A stretch of 63,995 bases of DNA, filler included, from Basidioascus undulatus (taxonomy: Eukaryota), in assembly GCA_000826855.1 (NCBI GenBank). It is 9 parts of 9 records of this genome, joined end to end, with 100 filler letters (N's around TTAATTAATTAA, not from the genome) between each part and the next. Parts side by side here need not be neighbours in the genome. Positions count along the whole stretch, not along the records: positions 1 to 25,675 come from JTLS01000208.1; positions 25,776 to 30,532 come from JTLS01002081.1; 7 more parts are not named here. The stretch is one strand, 5' to 3'. The position numbers were made by a program, and so were the translations under genes. Below are positions 14,533 to 26,472 of the stretch, piece by piece. The notes beneath the pieces were generated by a model, which was not told where the DNA came from, searched no databases, and saw nothing but the letters and a program-made list of their open reading frames with translations. How positions within the stretch are numbered: position 1 is the first letter of the stretch; the number at the start of each line of letters is the position of its first letter.

Positions 14533-16523
14533 CTACTGCAGCTCCCTCCGCGACACCTCCTCCAGTACCTGCTTGTTGGACTCCCGAACTGGGTTAACGA
14601 AGTCTTCGTACGGGTTGTCATAAGGATCCTAACACGCCAATGCTCCCCCACTCAGCTGTGATGTCCTGTACCCCGGCAAGCACCGTCCGACCTACCTTGA
14701 TCCCCCACCCCCGTGCATCATTCTCGTTCATAGCGCACCAATGCCAGCCGATAACGTTCTTGCTGCCCAGGAGCGTGCGCACACTCTCGACGTAGTCCTG
14801 CACGCGCTCAGCTTGGCTCTTCAGTGAGCTCTTGCGGTTCGGGCTGAGCTCGGTAGGCTGTTGAAGGAAGCCCAGTTAGAGATTAGGCACATTATTTGAA
14901 AGGAACATGAATATAATGCAGAAATGAGTGCGAGAACCTACCGTCCAGTTCCCGAGGTCGGCATTGAGCACGGGCTTTCCGCACTCGGCTGCCCAGCGGT
15001 CCAGGTCTTGCAGCATCTTCTCGCGGCCTTCCGGAGTGGGCTGAATAAAATACATTGGTAAGTTCCTTTCTCCAGCACTGGGTTACAAAGCGAAACAGCT
15101 CACATCATTGAAATACTGCACGGACAGCACGTCCACGTACGGCTGCATGGCGCGGAGAACGGGCGCGGGGATGCCCTTGGAATATGAAAGTAGGAAAAAT
15201 CAGCAAAACTTCTTGGCCAAGGAAAGAGAGGGAACTGTTCACCTTGTTGCCGTTGAAGCGGTCTGCTCAATTGAGCGTCAGTTCGATCGTCATTAGCGCA
15301 AGGCGCGAAGACGTACCGCCCAAAATCAGGTGGTTGGAGTCCCACCGTCGGATCTCTCGGTGGCGGACCTGCGGAGTGCAATTTCAACAACTCAGGGTAT
15401 AAAGTAAGGGCAGCAATCAAAGCGCGCACCTTATAGTACTGCTCGCGACGTCGAACAGCTTCGCGTCGCGCTCCTCATCAGAGAGGCCCTCCAGCTGCGG
15501 GAAGTCCGTGCCGCTCTCTGCATACGCTCCGCCAGCACACATATCGTCTGGATTCAGGTCTGGAAGACATACGGTGCGGCATCCAGGCGGGGATGTCGAC
15601 GAAGAAGTAGCCTGCGTGCGGTGCTGATCAGCCAACAGCGATTTTCTACGGGAACCTTTGCAGTGATCAGCGAGCGTACCGAGAAGGTTGGTGCTGCTTG
15701 CGTGTTCCTCGCACAAGCTCCTAGCAAGGTAAGCGATCTACCCCCACTTCTTGCTCAGCGTTCTTCAACCCTCAACACCCACCCCGAGAACGAATCTGCT
15801 GCTCAAACTGCTTGCTAAAGGGATCTGCTCCCCAACTTCTTCAGTTCTCGCCTTCCTACTTCCTATTTTCGAGCCACATGCCACTCACCCAAAAAGTGCG
15901 GCTTCCCATTCCAGTCCTGAAAGTCGAGCGCATTAAGCTGGACGACATAGGCTTCCCGAGCGTTTTCAGCTCCTCCGGCGTCCACTGGCGGCCGTTCATC
16001 GAGTGGCTCAGATCCACGGGCGGGCCGAACCAGTCGAGCGCCTCGCCCCAGTCGCCACCGATGTAGTCCTGGGTCCATCCGAGCCTTTTCCCAATCGTAT
16101 GAAGGTTAAGTGAGCTTTCGAGGAGGAGGAAGAGGAGGAAAGGGAAGGAAGAAGGCACACGTGTTGAACCCCCAGTCCTCCATGTCCTTCCCCACCCCGC
16201 TCCGGATCCAGTTCGTGCAGTTCCCATACCGCGCCTTGTAGATGTCGTAGTTGAAGGGAAGCTTCAAGTCCGACTCGTCGAAGTGGTTGATCCCTACCTC
16301 CACGGTCTTGTCTCTCAGTTCATCTCCGGTCAATCAACCTACTTACCAACCCACCGATCGAGATGAACGGCTCTCCCGACGGGGAGACGAGGTTCCACTG
16401 CCCTGTCTTTGGGTTCTGGGCGGTGCGGAAGAAGCCCTTGACCTCTGAAGCAGCAGAAGCAGCAGCCATGGGAACGCTGAGTCCTAGAGTGAGTGTAGGG
16501 AGGGCTGGGTGGTGGAGTCGCAT
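14533..16523 (-). pseudogene. Secreted agarase-like (GH50-related) glycoside hydrolase of bacterial type, with introns and frameshifts
   Basis: Hydrophobic N-terminus (MRLHHPALPTLTLGLSVPMAAASA); motifs GFF..W.LVSP.GEPFISIGINH.DE, WGFNT.GWT, NLLGYFFVDIPAW, NHLILG..FNGNKGIP..VLRAMQPYVDVLSVQYF, GKPVLNADLGNW, IGWHWCA..EN..RGWGIKDPYDNPY; 1-nt deletions at ~15950 and ~15440. Confidence 0.75.
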
Positions 16524-17158
16524 TGTGTTGGATGAGCTTTCGGTGGGCTGGGGAGAGGGATGAAGGAGTCCCACGCTTTTATATCTGGGAAAGAGGCTAC
16601 GAGCTTCGGGTATGAAAAGTAACCACATTCTGTGGGCTGCCAAGAGGCGAATGAGTGTTAGATCGGCGCTGGGCTGACGGTAAGCTGGTAAGCGGAGTCC
16701 GGAGCGAATCGAAGCAGTGGAGGGAGCTCCGAGGGAACAACAGACGGAAACGCGAGCAACTCCGGCGCCACTGACCCGCCCGCGGCAGCGTTTATGATGT
16801 TCGAGCTTTAAGGATAGCCAGCTGACCGAGAGGAGCTAGGAGATTGTAAGGAGGGTCTTCGAGCTCACCTGTGCGAGGAGGTGGAGGTCCGAGAACGCGT
16901 TGCAGTCTGCGCTGCCGATCGCTTTCTCGAGGTTGTTATCGCTTTATCGCACATTTCTGTTATCGGTGCTGTATAATGCAAAGAAGCCCATTTCCAATCA
17001 TAGGAGAAAGCTGCACCTGAAACTGCCTCGACGCTTTAAAGCAAGCCCGGAAAGACCACACAACGGGACTTCGAGGCCTGAGAGGCTCGGTTGCGCACCC
17101 TCACAGCATGCCTCAGTCTCTCCGTATCCAGAAACGATCTATAGTCCCCTCCCCTCCA

Positions 17159-18776
17159 TCACGCAGGCGGCGCGGCCCACCCGACCCCAAAGCTCGCCAC
17201 ACTCCCCAGCCCCAAGCCAGCAGTCAACCAAAACAGCAACACGCTCGCCGCGGTATCCCTCTCCTCCGGCCTCAGCCCGCCCTCCAAATTAAACTCCGCA
17301 CTTGAGCCCGCAATCATCCCCATCGTCGACGCCCATCCATTGCTAACCCCAAAGAGCGCCAGAATGGCGAGGTATGCCGCATCGGAGTTGATCAGCGGCG
17401 GAGAGGAGGAGGAGGAGATGTTGCAGGAGAGGAAGAGGGGGATGAAGAGTGTGCGGGTCAGGGAGACTGCCAGGAGGAGACGGTGCGAGGGGCGGAAGAA
17501 TAGCGGCAGGGAGGGAAGCGAGCGCCCGAGGAGGTCGAAGATATTGAAGAGGAGGAAGTGTAGCGCTGGAAAAAGAGCCGGGGTGAGGAGGAGAGGTTGC
17601 GGGGGCGGGTGTGTCGAGCGGATGCGGGACGTGATGGGGGGGAAGACGGACTGGGTGAAGGCAGGAAGGGGATGTGAGGGGGATGCGGGGTAGGAAGAGA
17701 GGAAAGAGGGGCGCACGAGGGTGACGACAAAAACGAGCATCACCGCCAACCCATACTTCCACACCTTCCGATTCACCTCCCACACGCTGACGTCCCCGCG
17801 CTTATGTGCCGCGTCCGCATCCGCGGACGACACAGCCGCGGCGTACGCGGGGGAGCAGACGAGGCGGACAAAGAGGGCCAGCGCGCCAATCAGGAAGAGC
17901 GCGGAGAGGAGGAAGAAGGCGAGTGTGCCGGGGCCGAGGTCGGCCGGGCGGGAGGGGGAGGTGGAGTGTGCGGAGGCGAGGGACGTGATTAGTTGGAGCA
18001 GGGAGATAAGGACGGCGATGGCGCCTTGGCCTGAGCTGTGAGAGGGGAGATGGTTGAGTGGTGAAGCGGACGGGGAAAGGGATGGAAGATGCGAGGGGGA
18101 GGGACGTACAAGACAGCCTGCATCGCCCCCTGCCCAAAGAGGCTCGCGAGCCCCACACCCGCACTCTGTAGGTAGCTTCCCGCGGCCGCACACGCCGCCG
18201 TATTCACCACAAGGAAAGCGTAGTACCACGCCACCCCCACGCCGCCCCCATCCTTATCTTCCTCGCTCGGCGACCCGAGCGTCGAGAGCCCAAAGAGGAG
18301 CAGCGGGAGGGCGGTGAGGCCGAGTGCAAGGGTGACGCGTCTGCGCGGGTTGGAGTGCGGCGCGGTGGAGGTTGCGTGCAGGAGAAAGAGGAGGTTGGAA
18401 AGTGTGAATGCCGTGGAGAGTGTTGAGGCGAGGGTGCGCGAGTGGGAAGAGTGCGAGAGAACGGAGGTGAAGTATGGGATGGCAACGATTAAGGCTGTCC
18501 TGCCAAACGTGAGTGCCTCTAGCCATCTTCCGACAATTTGAAAGAAAACACACCATTCCAAGGCAGCAATATCGCGCATCCCAGTACAAAGAATGTCCAT
18601 CTCGTCAGAGCATCGATCGTGACCGGCGAAGGTGCGACAGGGACGCTCCCATCCTCATTGGCATCGGGGATCGGCGCATACTCGGCCGAGGGCGCTGGGT
18701 AGGTGTGCGGGAGTCCTGATGATCGTCGGCGCTTCCATGACCACGATGGCAGTGTCGATGCTATCAAGTCGAGCAT
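17159..18776 (-). CDS. Equilibrative nucleoside transporter (ENT/Fun26-like)
   Basis: FFVLGCAILLPWN(intron)ALIVAIPYF; GQGAIAV; FVVTL.VFPPIT; FNIFDLLGRSL; RTLFIPLFLSCN; FGVSNGWAST; many hydrophobic segments. Confidence 0.9.
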
Positions 18777-20070
18777 GGCGGTTGCGGAACAACGAGGCAG
18801 GCAGGGGGCCTGACGCGTCCTGGAGGCTGCCGCGTGGGAATCGCAGCTGACCTGCGACCTGGAATGCGAAACGCATCGAGGTGTTTCTGTAGGATATTTT
18901 ACGATTAAAAAAAGGGCCACGCTGGGTGGAAGTTGATTGTTCTCCTGAGAAGTGCATAGCATAGCCGTGGTCCACCTGGTTGTGGACTTGTCAACGACGA
19001 GGACTTGCCAGACCGCTGCATAGCTGCTATCGTCCATCAGTTCCTCAGTTGAGAGCCCCAAGTGGCTTTCTGTTCCCAACCAACGGCCCTCACAGTGCCC
19101 GTGCAGCCTGTAGGATTCAGCGATTGAAAGGGGGAATGCTCAGATGCGATGCTCTTCACCTTGCTTGGCTAGCAGTCCACAACTACAGTCTGAAATCAAC
19201 CAGCAGCGGATGCCGAATTTTTCCAAGGACTGAGCTCGGATAAAGATTTTTCTTATGGCACTGTTGTAGTCTGCGGCTTGAATGCTAACAGAACACTGCC
19301 AACCTCTGCTTCCGCCGTGCCTCACCACACCTCCAGCAACCGTTCTTGGCACTTCTTCGTCCTTGACCGATCTCCGCGGCATGGTAAGCACAACACAGCC
19401 CAACGACAGGGGGGGCGACTCCGACAATCAGGCCATTGTGCTTGTCCCGGAGCGAGACTACCGGTACCTCCATAAATCGCGGCCGCAAAGGGTTTGTGCG
19501 GCGTGTCACACTCACTTTTCCATCTGTGCCTCCTAGTCCCACTGTAAAGGTTGTACGGGGGTCTGTAGGAAGTCACTGTGACGCCCCTGGATCACATCGA
19601 GGAGGCGCAGGATCCGAGGACGAGGGTCTACATTGCAGACGCACGACACATTCGGGCGACCAGGTCGCACAGGAGTACAGGCAATGGGCACACAAGGCGA
19701 ATCTTCACCTGATTAGAACCTGATTAGCAGGCCCCCAACTACTCGCGTCCGAAGGTGTGCGTTCCTGACACTCCTACCGAGTATTAAACGCTCGCTGCGC
19801 TGTACGCTCGGTTCTTTCACCGGCAAGCAGAGCGAGGACTCAGCTTCGCACAAGACTAGCCTCCGTAGGGATTGGCTTCAGTCTTGGAACTGTACATGAG
19901 TTCAGCATCAGTTGAGCACCGGGCGAAACGAAGAGCCAAGCAGCCGACCCGCGGTCCACTTGCCGTTCTTCCGAGGGCTGAGTCGAGATGCTCCTTTCCT
20001 TCAGTCCACCACCGTCCACATCTGCGCACGCGAACGACCCCTCTCGCTTTGAAGAACTGTTGCACTAATC

Positions 20071-20820
20071 ATGTCCACACTCCTCGATCTCCCCACCGAG
20101 ATCCTTCTCTCTTTCCATCGCGTACACGCCCTACCTAGGCCATCTCGGAGCCTTCACGTCCTCCTACCGCCCTCACAAATACATGTGGCCCTACTCGGCA
20201 GGCCGCCTCTCCGGCCTCCTCATCTGCAAAGAGCTGAAGCTGCTGGTCGAGTCGATCCTCTACTACTCTCTGCATCTCCTGGGGGTCGTCGTCCCGCTGT
20301 TCCTCAACTCCCCTGTCCCCGCAGAGGGCTTTGTCGAATGTCAGTATCTCGCAATCAACAACACCCACTCTATTAGCGACGAGATGGCTTGTACCGTTCG
20401 CTCCTCTGCAGCCCGCTGAAGTCGCCGTCGAACTTGGCGGCTCAACTTTCGGCGAAGACAACCTGAGCTTCATACCGAGCTTCATACCCGCTAGTCTCAG
20501 CGACCTTCTTTCCCTGTGGACGCGAACGCCACCCCTGCGCGAGCTTGCGTTTGATTGCAATTATGGCTACTATGGACACATTCAGCCGCTGCGGTTCGCT
20601 GACGTTCGAGTGCACACAGTGCGGTTCTAGTTATTGGATACAGCTCAAGCTGGAGTGGATACGAGCTCTGGCGACAGTGCGCATCCCGAAGTTATGACTT
20701 TCAATATGAACACAAAGCCCGTTACTTACAGTATCTGCTGTCCACAACAGTTCCGCCTGGAACTGGCCTCAAGAGGGTCTCTGATGGCATCCTTGACAAG
20801 CGGGACTCCTCTTTATGCGG
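20071..20820 (+). pseudogene. F-box-like protein, disrupted (3' limit approximate)
   Basis: MSTLLDLPTEILLS F-box start, then a frameshift (extra TCTT ~20110) before IAY...LLICKELKLLVESILYYSLHL; further frame breaks near 20415 and 20630. Confidence 0.6.
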
Positions 20821-21228
20821 TGCTTTGCTGGAACGATCGATAGGAGTCAGCCCGAGAAGGCCAGCCGCATACATTCTCTGTACACCGCTGCATTGCTGGT
20901 GTGCGGACCATCAGCAGTTTTACGTTTCGAAGGCCACCGATGCGTGTGCATTTTTGGAAAGTACTAAAGGGCTGTCTGTGAAGTATGGACCAAAATACAG
21001 CTTCAATAAAAAGAATTTTATGTTACAATGTCCATATGTTCTTCAGGGACTGCAATGGGAAGCTGGGCGCTAACGGTTGAGAGCATGAAGGAAGGCGGCT
21101 GAGGGGCTCTTTCACACATCCACATGTATACTCAATATTTCCAAGATAATTCAAAAACTCCGATAATTCTCGCTGACCCGGATTCTGCAGGACTGAGTCT
21201 CAGTGTGACCGCACGCAGACCAACTACG

Positions 21229-22870
21229 TCAACCAACTGCATCAACGCTCGAGCTGAGAGTGAGCATGGCATACAGGTGCAGACACAGCTCATTTGGATA
21301 AATCAGGTGTGAAAACCTGAATTCGACACTCAGAACATTACAGGGCTGTGTAGACCACACGCTACCGGTGGCCAGCCGCTTGCAACTGCTGCTGGTGCCC
21401 ACCAACCGACCGAAAGTGAAGCTATGAGCGAAGGAGTGCAAGAGCGCAACAGCATATGAGCGGGAAAGTAAGCGAGTGAAGTAGAAGGATCTGGGGACTG
21501 GGGGAATGTAGGAGAGAGGGGAGAATGAGCCGACAAGCAGAAGTGAGGCGCAGATGAGGAGAAGAGAGGTGGAGCGGAGGTGGAGCAGGCTGGCGCCGTG
21601 CAAAGAAGAGACGAGCTGCCAAGCTACTGCGCCCGGAAGGACGCCTGACTTGAGGTAGGGGTAGAAGGTCTGGCTCGAAGAGGATCGTCAGATGGTGTCG
21701 CGCAGGGCATTATTGCTTGTAGCCGGGCAATAATTGCCCGCTTACACCGTATAGATACTGCGCTACGGGACTATAGCGAAACTCGGGGTCGGGAGAAGAT
21801 ATAGAAAACGTTTTGGTGGGGCGCGTAAGATAGGGATGTGCAGGCGACGCCTCACGCTGTGGCACGCACGGGCAAAGAATGGGAGCTGTTGGGGAATGTT
21901 AGTGAGAGCTTCAGGGTTATCATCAGCCAAAGGACGGTCAGTCCGAGAGCCGGGAAGCGGGAGAAAGGCAGAGATGGGGAGGAGATGGAAAGGCAAGAAT
22001 AAAGGCGGGGAGGGCTGGGCAAGGTGCAGAACGTGGCTGGAGAGCGGGTGAATAGAATTAGAGTGTTGATAAACGCTTCCTGCAGGTTTGGGGAGTGGGA
22101 CAGACGGTTTCAAGGCGAGGAGGGCGGAGGAGAGGGCGGAGAGGGCGGAGATGTGGGGGAGAGGGCGCGATGGAGTGGCTAAAGGAGAACGAGTGCACGG
22201 ACAAGGGGGATACGAGGATGGAAACAACATTGAAGATAGTTCAAGGAAGGAACAATAACAGCTTTCTGATGAGACGAATGGCAAACACGGGGACGGGTGG
22301 AGGGGAGAGAGGAGGGAGAGGAGGGCAGAGGAGCACTCACCTGGCCTTCCACGTCCAGCTCAGCCCTACAAAGCGTCCCCCTTCTGATATACACCAATGC
22401 TGCAGATCCAGGGAGCCCGCTATGCGTCTATGGGAGCGGTAGGGGGATGGAGAGGCGTGTCAGTGAAGGGGGAGGGAAGCGGAGTAGAAGCGGAGGTCGG
22501 GGCCGGCTAGGAGGATGTGGCACGCAGATAGAGACGATAAGAGCGGTCGAAGTGGGTTACATAACGATAAGGGGTGCGTTTTTGCTCGAGGAGGAACTGT
22601 TCCTAGGCCTGGGAAGAGTGGGTGGAGGAGGGAGATGGGCCAGGATGAGGGAAGGGTGAGGGAAGAGCAGGAGGCTGAGACAAGACAGGGAAGCGAGAGA
22701 GAGAGAGTCGTCAAACAGCAATCGGGTGCTTGAAATAGAGTTTGTGGAGGCTTGAGGAGCGGTAGAGGCGGTTTGGAGGAGGGGCAATGGCGGAGAGGGA
22801 CGGACAGGGAAGGGAGAGGGGGATCCAAGCCAAATGCAGGGCGAGGATGGCTTCCTCACCGACTGTAAGC
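21229..22870 (-). other. Possible degenerate multi-exon gene of unknown family
   Basis: Exon-like block ending at a GTGAGT donor near 22340, CT-rich intron-like tracts and fragmentary ORFs; no recognisable motif. Confidence 0.2.
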
Positions 22871-24538
22871 GACAATGAGTGCACTCAATTACGCAAAGTT
22901 GATCGCATCTTCACAATACAGTCACAGAAGGCAGGAACTCAACATTCATATGCACCTCGAGCTGCTGCCCCTTCCGACGCACGCCCATTACTGTCCCAGC
23001 CATTCCACCTTGCCCGACCTCACCTGAACTTCGCGAGAAGCGCAGTTCCAGACAACGAATTTGACTTTTGGCCCTGCTCTGGGGGTGGGGCGATGGATTG
23101 GTGGTGAGTCGGGCGGCGGTGAGGATGAGCGGGATGATACCGTCGCGGTCGAGGCAATCAGGCGAGGCGAGGTCCGCGGTTTGTGCCCGGCACTAGTGGT
23201 CGGTTGTCGGTGCAAGAAATCATATTTTTGCTGCGCGGACGCCTCCGACATCGAAAAGAACGGACGATCAAAGACTTGCCCCACGGGGACGTCTCTTTCC
23301 GCTGCAATCCATCAGCGGCTACCTCGGAAGGGGGGTGGGGGGCCATCCTCTGGAAGGAGTTATCTCATGTATTTCAAAGGGTCTAAAAGCGAGCGAAGCA
23401 GACACTAAAATTCAGCAAAAGCTTTGATTGTCCAGCACTGTACATACCGACCTTTCCGTTGATTTCATTATCAGCAATTCCAGCTTTGCTAGTAGAACGC
23501 GGGTGAACGCAAGCAGATACTGTGATGGACAAAGAAAGCAGACACGCCAGAAAGCATGACGCGTCCCAGCTTGCCTGCAATCATTGGGCCTCCGCTGCGC
23601 CTCCGCCGCCCTAGGGACGTTCCGTCGACGGATTTGGGGACCACCCGCGACGGAAGCCGTGGTCCCCGAGTGCTTTGGAATGTTCCCAGCGCTGAGAGAT
23701 CTTGACCTTCTTCAACCACCATGCTGCCTCCTCCTCAGAAACTTACCCTGCCCGTACTGACAGGCAGCAGCACATGGACTCGTGTCAATCGATATTCGAT
23801 GTTGACATTCCTTCTGACATACGTTCGAGGCGTCATGGCCCGGTTTCGAACTGATGCATTAGCTCAAAAGCGGTTAGATGGCGGGTCCTTGTCGCGCCTC
23901 CTCAAGGTGAGGTAGTGCATCCTTGAGCGCGACATCGCGATTGCCTTTCTTGCGTCTGGGCCGACGCGCGCGCGCACCGGCTTTCAACATCTACGCTCTA
24001 CCTACAGCGCTACTAGCAATTATTCCATTCGTCTCGTCGAACGGGTCCTCGTCCGCATCATCAGCATCATCATCGCATCTTGTTGGCGCTGTTGGTCCGG
24101 CCGGGGCGCGAGGCGAGTCGAAGCCCAGTCGAGCGTGTTCTCCACGTGTTTACAAAACCTGCAGCCCCCTGGCGCTCCCCCTTACCTCTCCCCCTCCCTA
24201 TCCCTTCCCCTCCTCCCACCACCGCTCCATCGAGGCCGGGTGCATCATACTCTCCTCCCGCTCATACCCGCATCGCATTCGCGGTCTCTCGCACACTTCG
24301 ATACCACTTGCATACCCATCCGTTACGCCCCGGTCCTGCGAGTCAGGCTGACTTGACCAGATCCAAGCCTATTTAACGTCTAGACGACTCCGGTAAGCCT
24401 CCCGTCCTCGCGCCGTTGAGTGGATCTCGCCCACTCACTTCTCCGCCTCCTCCCCCGTCTGCAGCCCAAGCCCAATCCGTCGCCGGACGACTTCCTCCCA
24501 TCCGCATCTCCTCTGCCCCTCCCACCGAAGAACCCACA

Positions 24539-25675
24539 ATGTACAACCTCTTCGCGTCCACCGCCCCCTCCACGCCGTCTCCTCAGCGAGCACGGCATCC
24601 CGCCTCCCTCCTCCCGCCGCACATGCACCACCCGTCCCTGCTGGCGCTGATGCGCTCTACTGTGACGCCCGCGATGATCTGTATGTCCCGTTCCGCAATC
24701 TGTGTTATGTGAATGGGGCGGCTGACCCTGGGATACGCAGCCTATATCGCCCGCAAGGCAACGTCCGTGATCGACTGTGGCCCTGAGCCCGACGTATTCT
24801 CGCCGCCGACGACGCCGGACCGCTCCGAGTTCGACCTCTCACCGATGTCAATGGGCCTGCCTAGCCTTGAGACGTTCATCCGCCAGCTCGTCGAATGCAG
24901 CAATGTGAGTCGCGTCGTCTCAGTCTCAGTCTGTCGGGCATCGTCAACAGAAGGTTGGTCCTGACTGCGACTGGATGGATCGACGCGCAGGTGCAAACCC
25001 CTACCCTCCTCACCACCATCATCTACCTCTCGCGTCTCCGCTCTCGCCTCCCCCGTGTCGCGACGGGCCTTTCCTGCACGCGTCACCGCGTCTTCCTGGC
25101 AACGCTCATTGTGGCCGCCAAGTACTTGAACGACTCGAGCCCCAAGAACCGGCACTGTGCGTCCCATCTCCCCCATCTCCACTCCCCACGTCTCATCGCT
25201 GACTTCTTGCTCCTCGATCTCCGCCGATAGGGACCCGCTACGCTGGTTCGTGGTTCTCGTGTGCCGAGGTCAACCTCATGGAACGCCAGCTCTGTTTCCT
25301 CCTTGACTACGACCTCTCCCTCTCCGAGGCCGAGGTCATGGCGCACTTCTCGCCTTTCATGGTCGGCGTCTCCCCGCTGCCGTCCCCGACGACGTCCCGT
25401 TCCCGCCCGGTCACCCCGACGAAGCCGCACTTCAGCAGCGAGGCGCTCGCGACGCCGCCCGCCACGCCGCCGCGCCAAGTGCGCAAGAGCATCGAGCTTC
25501 CCCCGACGCCGCCGTCGAGCTCGCGCATCGCGCCGCTCCTCCGCGCCCAGGCTTCCCGGCAGAAGGTCCTCGCGGAGCGGGCGGCAGCAGCGGCGCTCGC
25601 GAGCCCGCCGGAGACGCCCGAGCTGCGTATGTCGCGCGGCATGTCCTCGAGCTGCGCCTCGTCGGTGTCGTCCTC
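24539..25675 (+). CDS. Pho85-type cyclin (Pcl1/Pcl2-like), 3' end truncated by contig end
   Basis: [37 protein letters not shown]...[31 protein letters not shown]...[21 protein letters not shown]-like tail; probable 5'-UTR intron 24393-24463. Confidence 0.92.
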
Positions 25676-25775
25676 NNNNNNNNNNNNNNNNNNNNNNNNN
25701 NNNNNNNNNNNNNNNNNNNTTAATTAATTAANNNNNNNNNNNNNNNNNNNNNNNNNNNNNNNNNNNNNNNNNNNN
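25676..25775. other. Artificial contig linker (N44-TTAATTAATTAA-N44); identical linkers at 30533-30632, 35383-35482, 40229-40328, 45071-45170, 49905-50004, 54739-54838, 59570-59669
   Basis: Exact 100-nt spacer with a six-frame stop core, repeated 8 times; genes are cut at these points. Confidence 0.99.
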
Positions 25776-25805
25776 CCATCCACCCTCCCCCCCACCGTCC
25801 CCGCC

Positions 25806-26472
25806 CCCGTCCCTGCGTCTCATACACCGACACAACAGTCTTCGTATACCAAGCCTACTCCTCCTCTATGGCTGACCCCGCGCTCGAGGCGCAGACGTTC
25901 GTCAGCCCGCCGTTCAAGATGGAGCGGATGACGTGCAAGTTCCATTTTCGCCCAAGAATGCGTCTTGAGCTGAGGATTACGTGAGGGGTACAGTGATTAA
26001 GCCCTCCTTTTTGTGGATTCGGGCTATGCGGCCAAGGACGCGCGCCCGGAGCACGTCCTCGCTATCGCCTGAAGCGGGAGGGGTTCGAGGAGGTGCTCAG
26101 GCTGTCTACGCCGGCCGCTGAATCTAGTGCTTCAGTGTTAGCTCGTCTCCAATGGGTAAGATCCAAATTAGCTTCCTTTCTGACTCTTGAGCATTCCCTC
26201 ATGTCAATTCTCCGCTCCCACAGGACCCCGAAAGCACCCTCGATCGCGCCCTCCTGCGCTGGCGGTCGTTCCAGCTCGGGCTGGGCCCAGCGCTCGTGCA
26301 GCGCTATGTGGGGGAGTGAATAGCGGAGATAGTGGATGTTACAGAGCTGGTGAAGCGGGTTGAGCAGCTGGTGAAGGAGGAAAGGTGGGAGGAGGCCGCG
26401 GAGCTGTTGCCGAGGGAGATGTATCCGCTTGGGAAGGAGGGTAGGAAGATTGGGGCTTCGGTGAGGCAGTGA
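25806..26472 (+). pseudogene. DUF4291-family protein, disrupted
   Basis: YTDTTVFVYQAYS...PPFKMERMT-IKPSFLW-[MMYR missing]-SGYAAKD...EHVLAI-RLKREGFEEVL...ARLQW|DPE...WRSFQLGL...RYVGE*IAEIVDVT...LLPREMYPL; ~10-nt deletion ~26018, frameshift ~26065, TGA at 26317. Confidence 0.8.

Noticed and set aside
19540..19775. TGTGAC...TGACA-bounded segment with an ACCTGATTAG duplication, a possible solo LTR
   Set aside because: Flanking 5-mers do not match as a target-site duplication and there is no second copy or gag/pol sequence in the window.
25720..25731. Recurring TTAATTAATTAA at about 4.8-kb periodicity, superficially a regularly spaced repeat
   Set aside because: Always centred in a fixed 100-nt N spacer; it is a synthetic six-frame-stop linker.
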